From Verrucomicrobiia bacterium (GTDB lineage Bacteria; Omnitrophota; Omnitrophia; Omnitrophales; Aquincolibacteriaceae), in assembly GCA_035495615.1 (NCBI GenBank), contig DATJFP010000083.1, positions 23,803 to 87,802 of the forward strand: 64,000 nucleotides of DNA, written 5' to 3'. This document shows positions 18,508 through 29,296 of the stretch, one piece after another. The notes under the pieces are model-generated. The model ran no database searches, was not told the DNA's origin, and was given only the letters and a program-made list of their open reading frames with translations. The number at the start of each line of letters is the position of its first letter. Position 1 is the stretch's first letter. A program made the position numbers and the translations under genes.

Positions 18508-18958
18508 CCCTGTGACCTATGGTCACATCGACCTGGTTAAAAGGGCGTTAAAGCTGTTCGATGAATTGATTGTGGTCGTGGCCGTAAACGCGGGGAAAAA
18601 TGCCCTGTTTACGATCGAAGAGCGCGTGGACTTCGTGAAGCGCGCGCTCAAGGGGATGCGCGGCGTCAAGATCGACAGCCTCGAAGGTTTGACTGTCGAA
18701 TACGCGAAACGGAAAAAGGCGAGAACGATCATCCGCGGGCTTCGCGCCACGTCGGATTTCGATTATGAATTCCAGATGGCGCTGACCAACCGGCGCTTGT
18801 CCAAAGAAGTGGACACGGTGTTCTTGATGCCTTCGGAGAACCATTTTTATCTGTCCTCGCGTTTGACGAAAGAAATCGCCCTCCTTAAGGGAGATGTCTC
18901 CAAATTTGTTCCGGATTTTATTGCCGCGAAAGTACGCGAGCGCCTTCTGAATTATTAA
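18470..18958 (+). CDS. coaD: phosphopantetheine adenylyltransferase
   Basis: AIYPGSFDPVTYGHIDLV (nucleotidyltransferase H-x-G-H). Overlaps the rsmD 3' end. Confidence 0.9.
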   Translation: MEKRRAIYPGSFDPVTYGHIDLVKRALKLFDELIVVVAVNAGKNALFTIEERVDFVKRALKGMRGVKIDSLEGLTVEYAKRKKARTIIRGLRATSDFDYEFQMALTNRRLSKEVDTVFLMPSENHFYLSSRLTKEIALLKGDVSKFVPDFIAAKVRERLLNY

Positions 18959-18985
18959 GGGCGCGCCTTTCGCAGGGGGTCGCCT

Positions 18986-19459
18986 ATGAAAGTTGTGCTG
19001 AGTGTTTTGCAGGAAGGGGTTCCCAAGGAAGTCACCGCGGCGTATGACCCCAAGAAATTGGAAGTGGAACTGGTCGACTTGAAGTTTCTCGAACCGCTGG
19101 TGCTTGAGGGCGTGCTTGTCAAACAGAACGAGACGCTGAGTTTCAAAGGCAACTTGCGCAGCAACGTGCGGCGCATCTGTGGCAAGACCCTGAAGGAAGT
19201 CGACGAGCCCCTGGACGTTGCGTTCGACCTGTATTACATGATCCAGGATAAGGAAGAGATCGATACGACCGACGATTTGCGTGAAGCGGTCCTGTTGGAG
19301 CAGCCCATGGTTTATTACGCGCCGGGCTGTGAAAACATCGATGTGAATTATCAGGACAAAGATCCTGAAAAAGAAAAGCCGGTCAAAGACGGCGAAGCGC
19401 TCAAAAACAGCCCTTTTGAGAAGCTGAAAAAAATTCGTGATCGATTGAAGGAGGAATAA
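18986..19459 (+). CDS. yceD: YceD/DUF177 family protein (23S rRNA accumulation protein)
   Basis: Immediately upstream of rpmF, the canonical position. Acidic, with a C-x-x-C...C pattern (RRICGKT...APGCENID). Confidence 0.7.
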   Translation: MKVVLSVLQEGVPKEVTAAYDPKKLEVELVDLKFLEPLVLEGVLVKQNETLSFKGNLRSNVRRICGKTLKEVDEPLDVAFDLYYMIQDKEEIDTTDDLREAVLLEQPMVYYAPGCENIDVNYQDKDPEKEKPVKDGEALKNSPFEKLKKIRDRLKEE

Positions 19460-19463
19460 GACA

Positions 19464-19667
19464 ATGGCAAATCCGAAAAGACGGCATTCCAACACGCGCA
19501 CCCGCACCCGCAGGGCGCATGATGCCCTTGACGTGATCAGCGCGACGCGCTGCCCGCAATGCGGCGCCGGCATCCGGCCGCACCGTGTTTGCGAGTCCTG
19601 CGGCTATTACCGCGGCCGTCAGGTCATGACCATCAAAGTCAGAGAAAAGACCCCCAAGGAAAAGTAA
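19464..19667 (+). CDS. rpmF: 50S ribosomal protein L32
   Basis: MANPKRRHSNTRTRTRRAH...C-x-x-CG zinc ribbon. Strong RBS GAAGGAGG. Confidence 0.9.
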   Translation: MANPKRRHSNTRTRTRRAHDALDVISATRCPQCGAGIRPHRVCESCGYYRGRQVMTIKVREKTPKEK

Positions 19668-19700
19668 CCTCAGGACCCTCGCGTCACTCAGGAGATCGTC

Positions 19701-20759
19701 ATGTCGATGATTCGCGTTGCAGTGGACGGAATGGGCGGTGACTACGCGCCGGGCGTCGTGGTCGAAGGCGCTGTCTACGCCGCCAATGATTTTTCCAACT
19801 TGGAAATCGTGCTGGTGGGGCAGACGACCGCCCTCAAGCGCGAGCTGAACAAGCACAAGGTGCTCGGCGGCAAACTGGTTCTCCAGGAAGCCTCGGAAGT
19901 GGTCGGGATGGGCGAGGCGCCGGTCCAGGCCATCCGCAAGAAAAAAGATTCGTCGCTCGCCGTCTGCGTCGATCTCCTGAAGAAAAAAGAAGTCGACGCG
20001 GTCATGAGCGCCGGCAACACGGGCGCCGCGGTCGCGGCTTCGACCTTGAACCTGGGCCTGCTTCCGGGCATCAAGCGCCCGGGCATCGCCATCAGCACGC
20101 CGACGCTTCACGGCATCTCGCTGTGCATGGACGTGGGCGCCAATCTCAATCCTTCCGCCGAAGAACTTTACCAGTACGCTCAGATGTCCGACGTCTATGC
20201 CCGCTACATCCACGGCAAAAAGCGTCCGGCCATCGGCCTCCTCAACATCGGCGAAGAAGAATCCAAGGGCACCGATACATTAAAGGAAGCTTACAAGCTC
20301 CTCCGCGATTCCGGCCTTAATTTCGTCGGCAACATCGAAGGCCGCGATTTCTTCACCGGCCGCGTGGACTGCATCATCTGCGACGGGTTCGTCGGCAACG
20401 TGGTGCTCAAGATGTGCGAAAGCATTCTCGAGACTTCCGTCGCCATGATTGCGCGCGAGCTCAAGAAAAATCCCGTGTCGCTTCTCGGCGCCTGGCTGTG
20501 CAAGCCGGCTCTCAGCGCCATCCGCCGCGAAACCAACTATGAAGAAGCCGGCGGCGCGCCTCTTCTCGGCGTCAACGGACCCGTCATCATCAGCCACGGC
20601 ATTTCTTCGGCGAAAGCCATCCGCAACGCCATCCGAGTGGCGGGCGAGATGGTTTCAAACCAGCTCAATGACAGGATCGTCGAGCAGGTGTCAGGCCAGG
20701 GGCCGAGCGGCGCTTCCGCCAACCGCAGCGCCCATCCCGCGAGCGAAGGACTGCATTGA
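19701..20759 (+). CDS. plsX: phosphate acyltransferase PlsX
   Basis: IRVAVDGMGGDYAP...GNVVLK. Conserved rpmF-plsX-fabH order. Confidence 0.95.
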   Translation: MSMIRVAVDGMGGDYAPGVVVEGAVYAANDFSNLEIVLVGQTTALKRELNKHKVLGGKLVLQEASEVVGMGEAPVQAIRKKKDSSLAVCVDLLKKKEVDAVMSAGNTGAAVAASTLNLGLLPGIKRPGIAISTPTLHGISLCMDVGANLNPSAEELYQYAQMSDVYARYIHGKKRPAIGLLNIGEEESKGTDTLKEAYKLLRDSGLNFVGNIEGRDFFTGRVDCIICDGFVGNVVLKMCESILETSVAMIARELKKNPVSLLGAWLCKPALSAIRRETNYEEAGGAPLLGVNGPVIISHGISSAKAIRNAIRVAGEMVSNQLNDRIVEQVSGQGPSGASANRSAHPASEGLH

Positions 20760-21748
20760 TGTCTTCATCCTATCGGGCATGCATCCGCGGCCTGGGATTT
20801 TACGTTCCGGAAAAAGTTCTGACGAATTACGACCTCGAAAAAATGGTCGATACCACCGACGAGTGGATCCAGACTCGCACGGGGATTAAAGAGCGGCGCA
20901 TTGCCGCCAAGAACACGCCCGCGAGCGAGCTCGGCGCCCACGCGGCGCAGGCCGCGCTGAAAGACGCGGGGATGTCCGCCGCGGACATCGATCTTATCCT
21001 CGTCGCCACGATCACGCCCGACATGTTTTTCCCTTCCACGGCCTGCTCCGTCCAGAACCGCATCGGCGCCAAATGCGGCGCGTTTGACCTTGCGGCCGCG
21101 TGCTCCGGATTTCCTTACGCGCTTTCCGTGGCCGAGGCCTACATCAAGGCCGGCCTTTACAAAAATGTGCTCGTGATCGGTTCCGAAGTGCTTTCCGGCT
21201 TCATCGACTGGAAAGACCGCTCGACGTGCGTCCTTTTCGGCGATGGCGCCGGCGCCGCGGTCGTGTGCCGCTCGGAACAGGAGGGGCACGGCATTCTCGC
21301 TTCGTATCTCGGCGCGGACGGTTCCCAGGGCGGCATCCTCCAGATTCCCGGCGGAGGTTCCGTGCATCCGCCTTGTCCGGAATCCCTCGAAGCCGGCCTT
21401 CATTTTCTGAAGATGGAAGGCTCGGAAGTTTTCAAAGTCGCGGTGCGCACCATGGAAGTCGCGGTGCGCGAGGTGCTCAAGCCGGAAGGGCTGAGCCTGG
21501 ATGACGTGGATTGGCTCGTGCCGCATCAGGCCAACAGCCGCATTCTCCAGGCGGTTGCGGAACGGCTGAAATTTCCCGAAGAAAAAGTGGTGACGAATGT
21601 GGCGCGTTACGGCAATATGTCCAGCGCTTCCACGGTCGTGGCTTTGACGGAAGCCGTGCACGACGGAAAAATCAAAAAAGGCGATTACGTTGTGCTGGTC
21701 GCTTTCGGGGGCGGGCTCACGTGGGCTTCGACCCTGATTAAATGGTAG
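20756..21748 (+). CDS. fabH: 3-oxoacyl-ACP synthase III
   Basis: GLGFYVPEKVLTNYDLEKMVDTTDEWIQTRTGIKERR, active-site AACSGF, H and N motifs. Confidence 0.95.
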   Translation: MMSSSYRACIRGLGFYVPEKVLTNYDLEKMVDTTDEWIQTRTGIKERRIAAKNTPASELGAHAAQAALKDAGMSAADIDLILVATITPDMFFPSTACSVQNRIGAKCGAFDLAAACSGFPYALSVAEAYIKAGLYKNVLVIGSEVLSGFIDWKDRSTCVLFGDGAGAAVVCRSEQEGHGILASYLGADGSQGGILQIPGGGSVHPPCPESLEAGLHFLKMEGSEVFKVAVRTMEVAVREVLKPEGLSLDDVDWLVPHQANSRILQAVAERLKFPEEKVVTNVARYGNMSSASTVVALTEAVHDGKIKKGDYVVLVAFGGGLTWASTLIKW

Positions 21749-21756
21749 GCGAGGAC

Positions 21757-22713
21757 ATGACGTTCAGCGAAAAGATCGGATTTTTATTTCCCGGCCAGGG
21801 CGCCCAGTCCGTCGGCATGGGCAAAGACCTCCACGATGGTTTTCCCCAGGCTCGAAAAGTTTTCGAGCAGGCCGATGCGGTTCTCGGCTATTCGCTCCGC
21901 AAAATCTGTTTTGAAGGGCCGGAAGAGGAACTCACGCGCACCTTGTACGCACAGCCCGCGATTTACACGCACAGTTATGCCGCGCTGCTCGTGCTGCGCG
22001 AGAAGTATCCGGACCTCACGCCTTCTTTTGCCGCGGGGCTGAGCCTGGGTGAATTCAGCGCCCTGACCGCCGCGGGATCAATCGCCTTCGAAGACGGCTT
22101 GAAGCTGGTCCAGATCCGCGCCGAAGCCATGGAAGAAGCCGCGAAAAATCATCCTGGAACCATGGCCTCGATCCTGGGGCTTTCGCCCGCGGACTGCGAA
22201 GGCGTGGCGCGCGATGCCGGATGCGAAGTGGCCAACCTCAATTCGCCGGAACAGATCGTGCTGTCGGGCACCGCTGAAACCATTGAAAAGGCCTGCGCAC
22301 TCGCGGAACAGCGGGGCGCCAAGCGCGCGCTTCGGCTGAAAGTCGGCGGCGCGTTTCATTCGTCGCTCATGGCCGACGCGCGGGAACGCCTCACGGTCGC
22401 TCTCAGAAGCACACCGATCCGTCCGCCGCACTGCGCCTTTATTCCGAATGCCAAGGCCGCCAAGGTTTCCGATCCCGAAGAAATCCGCGAGCTGCTTTCC
22501 CGCCAGCTGACCAGCCCGGTCCGCTGGGTGGAAACCATGCTTCGCGCCAAGGAAAGCGGGCTTACTCATTTTCTGGAAATCGGCCCCGGAAAAGTCCTCA
22601 AAGGCCTGGTTAAAAAATCTCATCCTGAATTTCAAATCTTTCCCTGCGGCACGGCCGCCGACCTCGAAAAACTGGAATCCGCGGGCAGCGCCGTGGAAAC
22701 CAAGGATTCCTGA
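21757..22713 (+). CDS. fabD: malonyl CoA-ACP transacylase
   Basis: FLFPGQGAQSVGMG and GLSLGEFSAL active-site motifs. ATG 21757 preceded by AGGCGAGGA. Confidence 0.9.
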   Translation: MTFSEKIGFLFPGQGAQSVGMGKDLHDGFPQARKVFEQADAVLGYSLRKICFEGPEEELTRTLYAQPAIYTHSYAALLVLREKYPDLTPSFAAGLSLGEFSALTAAGSIAFEDGLKLVQIRAEAMEEAAKNHPGTMASILGLSPADCEGVARDAGCEVANLNSPEQIVLSGTAETIEKACALAEQRGAKRALRLKVGGAFHSSLMADARERLTVALRSTPIRPPHCAFIPNAKAAKVSDPEEIRELLSRQLTSPVRWVETMLRAKESGLTHFLEIGPGKVLKGLVKKSHPEFQIFPCGTAADLEKLESAGSAVETKDS

Positions 22714-22730
22714 CCCTGACGGAGAACCTC

Positions 22731-23480
22731 ATGACCGAAGTTTTGAAAGACAAAGTCGCGATTGTCACCGGAGCCAGCCGCGGAATCGGCCAGGCCATTG
22801 CCGTGGCCATGGCCCAGCAAGGGGCGAAAGTGGTTTTGTCCGCATCTTCCGTGGACAATTTGACGGAGACGGAACAGCTGATCAAAGCGGCCGGACATGG
22901 CGCATGCATTTTGACGCAAGCTAATGTCAGCATTGGAGATGAAGTCAATGAGGTCGTAAAAATAGCGCTTGACACCTATGGAAAGATAGATATACTCGTC
23001 AACAACGCGGGGGCCACCAAGGATAATTTGCTCGCGTTAATGCCCGAGACTGATTGGGATTACGTTCTTTCTACGAATCTAAAAAGCGTTTTTTTATTTT
23101 GTAAAGCCTGCAGCCGTCCTATGGTCAAGCAGCGCTCCGGTTCGATCATCAACATTTCCTCGGTGGTTGGGATTACCGGAAACGCGGGACAGGCCAATTA
23201 TGCAGCGTCTAAGGCAGCCATCATCGGTTTCACGAAGTCCGTCGCCAAAGAATTGGCGAAAAGAAACATTCGGGCGAATGCGATCGCTCCGGGGTTTATC
23301 AGGACTCGAATGACGGACCAGTTGCCAGCGAATGTGCAAGACAAAGTCAAAGAACAGATCGCGCTGGGACGTTTCGGAGAAGTTCAAGATATCGCCCAAG
23401 TAGCCGTATTTTTAGCGTCGGACGCCGCCAGTTACATGACAGGGCAAACCCTGGTTGTGGATGGCGGATTAGTGATCTAA
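22731..23480 (+). CDS. fabG: 3-oxoacyl-ACP reductase
   Basis: TGASRGIGQAIA Rossmann motif, NNAG, YAASKAA catalytic motif. GC content is lower than the flanks and TTA codons are used. Confidence 0.9.
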   Translation: MTEVLKDKVAIVTGASRGIGQAIAVAMAQQGAKVVLSASSVDNLTETEQLIKAAGHGACILTQANVSIGDEVNEVVKIALDTYGKIDILVNNAGATKDNLLALMPETDWDYVLSTNLKSVFLFCKACSRPMVKQRSGSIINISSVVGITGNAGQANYAASKAAIIGFTKSVAKELAKRNIRANAIAPGFIRTRMTDQLPANVQDKVKEQIALGRFGEVQDIAQVAVFLASDAASYMTGQTLVVDGGLVI

Positions 23481-23515
23481 CACAGCAGCTTACCATCATC
23501 ACCAAGGAGGAATAA

Positions 23516-23755
23516 ATGGCTGTTCAGGACAAAATCACCGAAATCATCGTCGAGCAATTAGGCGTAAAGCCCGAAGAAGTTATCCCCGAAGCTTCCTTTG
23601 TTGATGATTTAGGCGCCGATTCCCTTGATACGGTGGAGCTGGTTATGGCTCTCGAAGAGGAATTTGGTATCGAGATCCCCGACGAAGATGCCGAGAAGAT
23701 CCAGACTGTCGGCGATGCCATTCGTTACATCGAAGAGAAGTCTGCTCAGAAGTAA
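23516..23755 (+). CDS. acpP: acyl carrier protein
   Basis: [21 protein letters not shown] phosphopantetheine-attachment motif. Confidence 0.95.
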   Translation: MAVQDKITEIIVEQLGVKPEEVIPEASFVDDLGADSLDTVELVMALEEEFGIEIPDEDAEKIQTVGDAIRYIEEKSAQK

Positions 23756-23802
23756 GATCATCCAATCTTAAGCCTGATCAACAACATTCCCACACTTTTC
23801 CC

Positions 23803-25050
23803 GTGAGCAAACGACGCGTGGTCGTTACCGGCTTAGGGATGATTACTCCCTTAGCCGTCAACGCCGAAAAAACCTGGCAGTCTTTTCTTAAAGGTGAGAG
23901 CGGCACAGGGCTGCTGACGCAGATCGACGCGTCAAAGTTCAACTCCAAAGTCGGAGCCGAGGTCAAAGGCTTCGATCCCGCGCTTTACTTCAAGCCGAAA
24001 GACATCCGCAAAACCGACCGGTTCGTCCAGTTTGCCGTGGCCAGCGCCAAGATGGCCATGGAAGACGCGGCGATTAAGGTGGAAGCGCTTGATCCGTACC
24101 GCATCGGCGTGCTCGTCGGTTCCGGCATCGGCGGACTTCGCGTCATCGAAGAACAGCACAAGGTGCTCCTCGAAAAAGGCGCGGACCGTGTTTCGCCCTT
24201 CCTTATTCCCATGCTCATCGTGAACATGGCTCCCGGGCAGATCTCGATTTCCCTCGGCCTCAAAGGCCCCAACAACTGCGTGGCCACCGCCTGCGCCACG
24301 GGTTCCAATGCCATCGGTGATGCGTTCAAGATCGTCCAGCGCGAGGAAGCGGACATCATGTTCGCCGGGGGCAGCGAATCCTGCATCACGCTGCTGGGTT
24401 TCGGCGGCTTTGATGCCATGAAGGCGCTCAGCACCCACAACGATGAACCGTCCATGGCTTCGCGGCCTTTCGACGCGACGCGAGATGGGTTCGTGATGGG
24501 TGAGGGGTGCGGCGTTCTGGTCCTGGAAGCGCTCGATCATGCCAAGAAGCGCGGAGCCAAAATCTATGCGGAAATCGTCGGTTACGGCATGACCTCCGAC
24601 GCCAGCCACATTACGGCTCCCGATCCGACGGGCGAGGGCGCGGCGCGCTGCATGATCAACGCCATGAAAGACGCGGGGCTGAAACCTGCGGATGTCAGCT
24701 ACATCAATGCGCACGGTACGTCCACACCGCTGAACGATAAAGTCGAAACGCTCGCAATCAAGAAAGCATTCGGCGAAGACGTGGCGCGCAAGGTCAAGAT
24801 CAGCTCCACGAAGTCCATGACCGGGCATCTGCTCGGCGCGGCCGGCGGTGTCGAGGCCGCGGTTTGCTGTCTCGCGATCCGCGACCAGATCATTCCGCCG
24901 ACGATTAACTACAGAAATCCGGACCCTGACTGCGATCTTGATTACGTTCCCAACCAAGCGCAGAAACACCCGGTGAAAGTTGCGATTTCAAACTCGCTTG
25001 GCTTCGGCGGACACAACGCTTGTGTTGCATTCAAAGCATTTGAAGAGTAG
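23803..25050 (+). CDS. fabF: 3-oxoacyl-ACP synthase II
   Basis: GTG start. [14 protein letters not shown]...[12 protein letters not shown]...HGTSTPLND...GHLLGAAG. Confidence 0.95.
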   Translation: MSKRRVVVTGLGMITPLAVNAEKTWQSFLKGESGTGLLTQIDASKFNSKVGAEVKGFDPALYFKPKDIRKTDRFVQFAVASAKMAMEDAAIKVEALDPYRIGVLVGSGIGGLRVIEEQHKVLLEKGADRVSPFLIPMLIVNMAPGQISISLGLKGPNNCVATACATGSNAIGDAFKIVQREEADIMFAGGSESCITLLGFGGFDAMKALSTHNDEPSMASRPFDATRDGFVMGEGCGVLVLEALDHAKKRGAKIYAEIVGYGMTSDASHITAPDPTGEGAARCMINAMKDAGLKPADVSYINAHGTSTPLNDKVETLAIKKAFGEDVARKVKISSTKSMTGHLLGAAGGVEAAVCCLAIRDQIIPPTINYRNPDPDCDLDYVPNQAQKHPVKVAISNSLGFGGHNACVAFKAFEE

Positions 25051-25111
25051 AATACCCGCGTTTCAAGTTCCATCCTCATCATTCCCAGTTTCTTTTTTTT
25101 CGGAGGCCTGA

Positions 25112-28100
25112 GTGCGTCTTAAGAAGCTCGAGCTTTTCGGTTTCAAGTCGTTCGCAGACCGCACCGAAGTCCACTTCCACAAAGGCGTCACCTGTGTCGT
25201 CGGCCCTAACGGCTGCGGCAAGAGCAACATCTCCGACTCCATCCGCTGGGTGCTCGGCGAACGCAGCGCGAAAATGCTGCGCGGCGCCAAAATGGAAGAC
25301 GTCATTTTCGCAGGCACGGAATTCCGCAAGCCCGTCGCCTACGCCGAAGTCTCCCTGACAATCGACAACCAGGACCGCGGCCTTCCCATCGATTACAACG
25401 AAGTCACCATCACGCGCCGCCTCCACCGCTCCGGGGAGAGCGAGTACCTTATTAATAAGACCAACTGCCGCCTGAAAGACGTCCAGGACCTCATCCTCGA
25501 TACGGGCATCGGCTCCAATTCCTACTCGATGATCGAGCAGGGCAGGATCGACTACATCCTCAACGCCGACGCCGACGAGCGCCGCTTCCTCATCGAAGAA
25601 GCCGCGGGCATTTCCAAATACAAGCTCAAAAAAGAAGAAGCCATCCGCAAGCTGGAGCGCACGGAACAGAACCTGCTGCGCATCCGCGACATCGTGGCCG
25701 AAGTGCAGCGCAACATTCAGTACGCCGAGCGCCAGGCCAAGCGCGCGCAGCGCTACCAGGAACAATTCGAAAAACTAAGGAACCTCGAAATCCGCCGCGC
25801 TTTTTTCGAGTTGGATCAGATCCGCGCGGAGCTCGCCGGACTCGGGGAGATGCGCCGCCAGCAGGAAGAGGAAATCCGCCTCATGGATGAAAAAATCACG
25901 GCTTGCCGGCGCGTGCAGGAAGAAATCACGTCGGCGCTGCGCGGCATCCTCGATCGCTTTTCCGCGGAGGAAGCGCGCCGTTACGGGCTCAAGGCCAAGA
26001 TGGAGCAGAACGAGCAGCAGCTGCGCTTCCACCAGGAAAAGCGCGTGGAACTGGCGCTTCGCCGCGGAGAAATCCAGCAGGAGAAGTCCCAGATCCAGGA
26101 GCGGCTCCACAAAACCGCCGCGGAAATCACTGTGAAGCAGGGCGAAGCCGACGGCCTCGAAGCCGAACATCGCAGCGCGGAAGAAGGATTTTCCGTAGCG
26201 CGCCAGACCTTAAACGAAATCGAAGACCATCTCGAAGCGGCCAAGTCGCTTTTCGACGACATCAAAGCCCAGGCGCTCGAAGCGGCTTCCTCCGCCGTGA
26301 AGGTCCGCAACGAATACCACAAAGTTACGGCCTTCCTCGAGACCAGCGTCGAACAGAAAAAACGCCAGGAAGCGGGCGCGAACCGCTACCGCCTGGAAAT
26401 GAACCAGTGGCAGGCGCGCAAGGACGACTGCGAACAATCTCTCCGCCACTTCGAGGGTTTGCTGGAACAGCTCTCGGAGCAAAAAGGGCGTTCGGAGCAG
26501 GAAGCGCAGTCGCTCCGGGACAAAATCCGGCAGACTTCGGAAGTGATCGAATCCATGGAGCGCTCGCTGCACGAGAAAGAAACGCGGCGTAATCTCTTGA
26601 AGGAAATCGACGCGGCCTCAGGGCTCAGCCGGGAAGCGATCCTGCAGGAGCTGAACGAAGAGGAGCGCGGTTATGTCCGGCATCTCCGCGATGTGCTTCA
26701 CGTCGAATCCGGCTATGAGGTGGCGGTCGAAGCCGTTCTCGGCGAATTCGCTCACGCGCTCGTCACCGGCCGCCAGGATACGGCGGCACGTCTTCTCGGC
26801 CTGATGGCCGGCAAGAAAAGCGCTCCGGCGGGCCTGCTCGTGGCCGAAGAAAATACGGAACCTCCTTCCGCGCGGCTGGATTTTTTCACGGATCTTCCCG
26901 AAGCCGGAGGCGCGCTGCTTGACGTCGTGCGCATCGAAGAGGCCTGGAAGCCCCTGATCGAACCCTTTTTCTCCCGCGTCTACATCCTGAACTCTTTTGA
27001 CCCGGCCCGTTTCCCGGAATTATTCGCACGCGCGCGCCAGGTTCAATTCGTGACCCGCGAAGGCCTGATCATCGGCCCGAACGGCCGCGTCTTTTTCCGG
27101 CAGGAACAGGCGACCGCGGAGCACAGCTTTTTCAAGCGCGGCAATGAGATCGAAGTGCTGGAAAGCGAAGTCAAATCCACGCAGGCTTCGCTCGAACAGT
27201 CGCAGGCCATCCTGGCGGAAGCCGCGGCCCAGTTTGCGAATGCCGAGGCCGAGCTCGAGAAGATCGAGAAGGAATTCGTCGACGCCAAGATCCAGAAGGA
27301 ATCTTTCGAATCGCTCCGCAAGGGCATGCAGGAAAGGCTCGGCTCCTTTCAGCGCGAGCTGGACCTTTTCTCCTATGAGCAAAACGAGATTTTGACCCGC
27401 GAGGAAGAGGCTATTTCCCAGCGCACCCTGCTGGAAATCGAGATCATGCGCTGCGAAGAGCGGCAAAGGCAGGTCCGGTCCGAACAGGAAACCGTGCTGC
27501 GCGACATGGAGCGGATGGAAAAGTCCAAAAGCGCGGCGTTTGCTTCATTTTCCGACCACAAGGCCAAGCTCGACCATCTCGTGGAACGCCGCCGCTTCCT
27601 CGAAGAGGCCCTGGCCCTGCACCGCGAGCAGGAAAAGCGCGACCGCCAACGCGCGGAGTTTCTCGACGCGGAATCCGCGAGGATCCAGGAGCGGGAAGGC
27701 AAGCTGGACGAGGAAGACACGAAACTTCGCGAATCCCAGGCCGTGCTGCAGGACGAGTCCCGCGACTGCGATGTGAAGCTCGAGCTGATCCGCCAGGAAA
27801 AGGTTGCGGCCGAGGAAAAGATGAAGGCCGAGGAAGAGACGCTGCTGACGTTCCAGGACCGCAAACACGAGGCGGAGACCCGACTGCACAACGAAGAAAT
27901 GAAAGTCATGGACCTGGGCTACCAGGAAAAGAATCTCCATGAAAAGATGCAGCAGAGCTACAAGATCGACTTGGCGACGCTCCAGGCCGCCGAGTATCCC
28001 ATGACCGAGGCCGAGCGCCCGGAAATCGAAGGCACGATCGCGCAGCTGCGGGAAAAGATCGAGTCGATCGGCACGGTGAACCTTTTGGCGATCGAGGAAT

Positions 28101-28750
28101 ACGATGAGCTGAAGCAGCGCTTCGACTTCCTCATGGGCCAGCAAAAGGACTTGGAAGACGCGCGCGACGCGCTCATGGAAGCGATCCGCAAGATCAACCG
28201 CACGACCAAGGGGCTTTTTGAGACGACATTCCAGGAAGTCCAGAAAATGTTCGGCGAATACTACAAGACGCTTTTCCGCGGGGGCGAAGCCCAGCTCATT
28301 CTGGTCGACGAGGCCAATCCGCTGGAGTCCGGCGTGGACATCGTGGTCCGTCCTCCGGGCAAAAAGCTCCAGCACATCAGCCTTCTTTCCGGCGGTGAAA
28401 AGGCCATGACCGCGCTCGCGCTCATGTACGCGCTGTTCAAGATCAAGCCTTCGCCGTTTTGCGTGATGGACGAAGTCGACGCGCCTCTCGACGAAGCCAA
28501 CATCGACCGCTTCCTTGCGGTCTTGAAGACCTTCATCACGACGTCCCAGTTCATCATCGTGACGCATAACCGCAAAACCATCGCGATGGGGGACACGCTT
28601 TACGGCGTGACCATGCAGGAAGCCGGCGTCTCCAGGATCGTCTCGGTGAAGGTCAATACGGACGCGGCGGACGAAGCTTTCGAAGAACCGGCTCAGGCTG
28701 CGGACGACAGGGGCGCGGCCCCCGTTGCCGAAGAGCCTCTCCCGTCTTGA
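25112..28750 (+). CDS. smc: chromosome segregation protein SMC
   Basis: GTG start after GGAGG. Walker A GPNGCGKSN, long coiled coils, signature LSGGEKA, Walker B CVMDEVDAPLD. Confidence 0.95.
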   Translation: MRLKKLELFGFKSFADRTEVHFHKGVTCVVGPNGCGKSNISDSIRWVLGERSAKMLRGAKMEDVIFAGTEFRKPVAYAEVSLTIDNQDRGLPIDYNEVTITRRLHRSGESEYLINKTNCRLKDVQDLILDTGIGSNSYSMIEQGRIDYILNADADERRFLIEEAAGISKYKLKKEEAIRKLERTEQNLLRIRDIVAEVQRNIQYAERQAKRAQRYQEQFEKLRNLEIRRAFFELDQIRAELAGLGEMRRQQEEEIRLMDEKITACRRVQEEITSALRGILDRFSAEEARRYGLKAKMEQNEQQLRFHQEKRVELALRRGEIQQEKSQIQERLHKTAAEITVKQGEADGLEAEHRSAEEGFSVARQTLNEIEDHLEAAKSLFDDIKAQALEAASSAVKVRNEYHKVTAFLETSVEQKKRQEAGANRYRLEMNQWQARKDDCEQSLRHFEGLLEQLSEQKGRSEQEAQSLRDKIRQTSEVIESMERSLHEKETRRNLLKEIDAASGLSREAILQELNEEERGYVRHLRDVLHVESGYEVAVEAVLGEFAHALVTGRQDTAARLLGLMAGKKSAPAGLLVAEENTEPPSARLDFFTDLPEAGGALLDVVRIEEAWKPLIEPFFSRVYILNSFDPARFPELFARARQVQFVTREGLIIGPNGRVFFRQEQATAEHSFFKRGNEIEVLESEVKSTQASLEQSQAILAEAAAQFANAEAELEKIEKEFVDAKIQKESFESLRKGMQERLGSFQRELDLFSYEQNEILTREEEAISQRTLLEIEIMRCEERQRQVRSEQETVLRDMERMEKSKSAAFASFSDHKAKLDHLVERRRFLEEALALHREQEKRDRQRAEFLDAESARIQEREGKLDEEDTKLRESQAVLQDESRDCDVKLELIRQEKVAAEEKMKAEEETLLTFQDRKHEAETRLHNEEMKVMDLGYQEKNLHEKMQQSYKIDLATLQAAEYPMTEAERPEIEGTIAQLREKIESIGTVNLLAIEEYDELKQRFDFLMGQQKDLEDARDALMEAIRKINRTTKGLFETTFQEVQKMFGEYYKTLFRGGEAQLILVDEANPLESGVDIVVRPPGKKLQHISLLSGGEKAMTALALMYALFKIKPSPFCVMDEVDAPLDEANIDRFLAVLKTFITTSQFIIVTHNRKTIAMGDTLYGVTMQEAGVSRIVSVKVNTDAADEAFEEPAQAADDRGAAPVAEEPLPS

Positions 28751-29295
28751 ACCTTCCCAACTACCTGACGCTTTTAAGAATCCTGCTTTGCCCCTTCTTT
28801 TTCACGTTCCTGGTTTCTTACGAGACGGGCAAAGAGCATTACCGCTGGCTCGCTCTGGGAGTTTTTGTTTTCGCAGCTTTTACGGACGCGCTGGACGGCT
28901 TCCTGGCGCGGTTTCGCCACGAGCAGACCGAGCTCGGACGCTTTTTGGATCCGCTCGCGGACAAGCTGCTGCTGCTCAGCGGATTTCTCGGGCTGCTGTT
29001 CGTGGGCGCGCTCCGGTATCAGCCGCCGCTTTGGGTGACGGTCGCGATCGTGTTCCGCGATATCGTCCTGATCGGCGGCTTTGTCGTGGTTTTTTTCGTG
29101 ACCGGCACGTTCCGCGTGCAGCCCAACGTGCTGGGCAAAGTCACGACCGGTTGTCAGACGGCCACGCTCGTCGGCCTGCTTTTAGAATGGAAAGGGGCAC
29201 TGCTCATCTGTTACGCAACGGCGGTGCTCAGTATTTTGTCGTGCCTGGCCTATCTTGGCCGGGACGTGAATCTCCTGCAGATCAAGAAGGATTGA
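28747..29295 (+). CDS. pgsA: CDP-diacylglycerol--glycerol-3-phosphate 3-phosphatidyltransferase
   Basis: TTG start overlaps the smc stop. N-terminus MNLPNYLTLLRI and the CDP-alcohol phosphatidyltransferase motif DALDGFLAR...GRFLDPLADK. Confidence 0.8.
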   Translation: MNLPNYLTLLRILLCPFFFTFLVSYETGKEHYRWLALGVFVFAAFTDALDGFLARFRHEQTELGRFLDPLADKLLLLSGFLGLLFVGALRYQPPLWVTVAIVFRDIVLIGGFVVVFFVTGTFRVQPNVLGKVTTGCQTATLVGLLLEWKGALLICYATAVLSILSCLAYLGRDVNLLQIKKD

Positions 29296-29296
29296 C

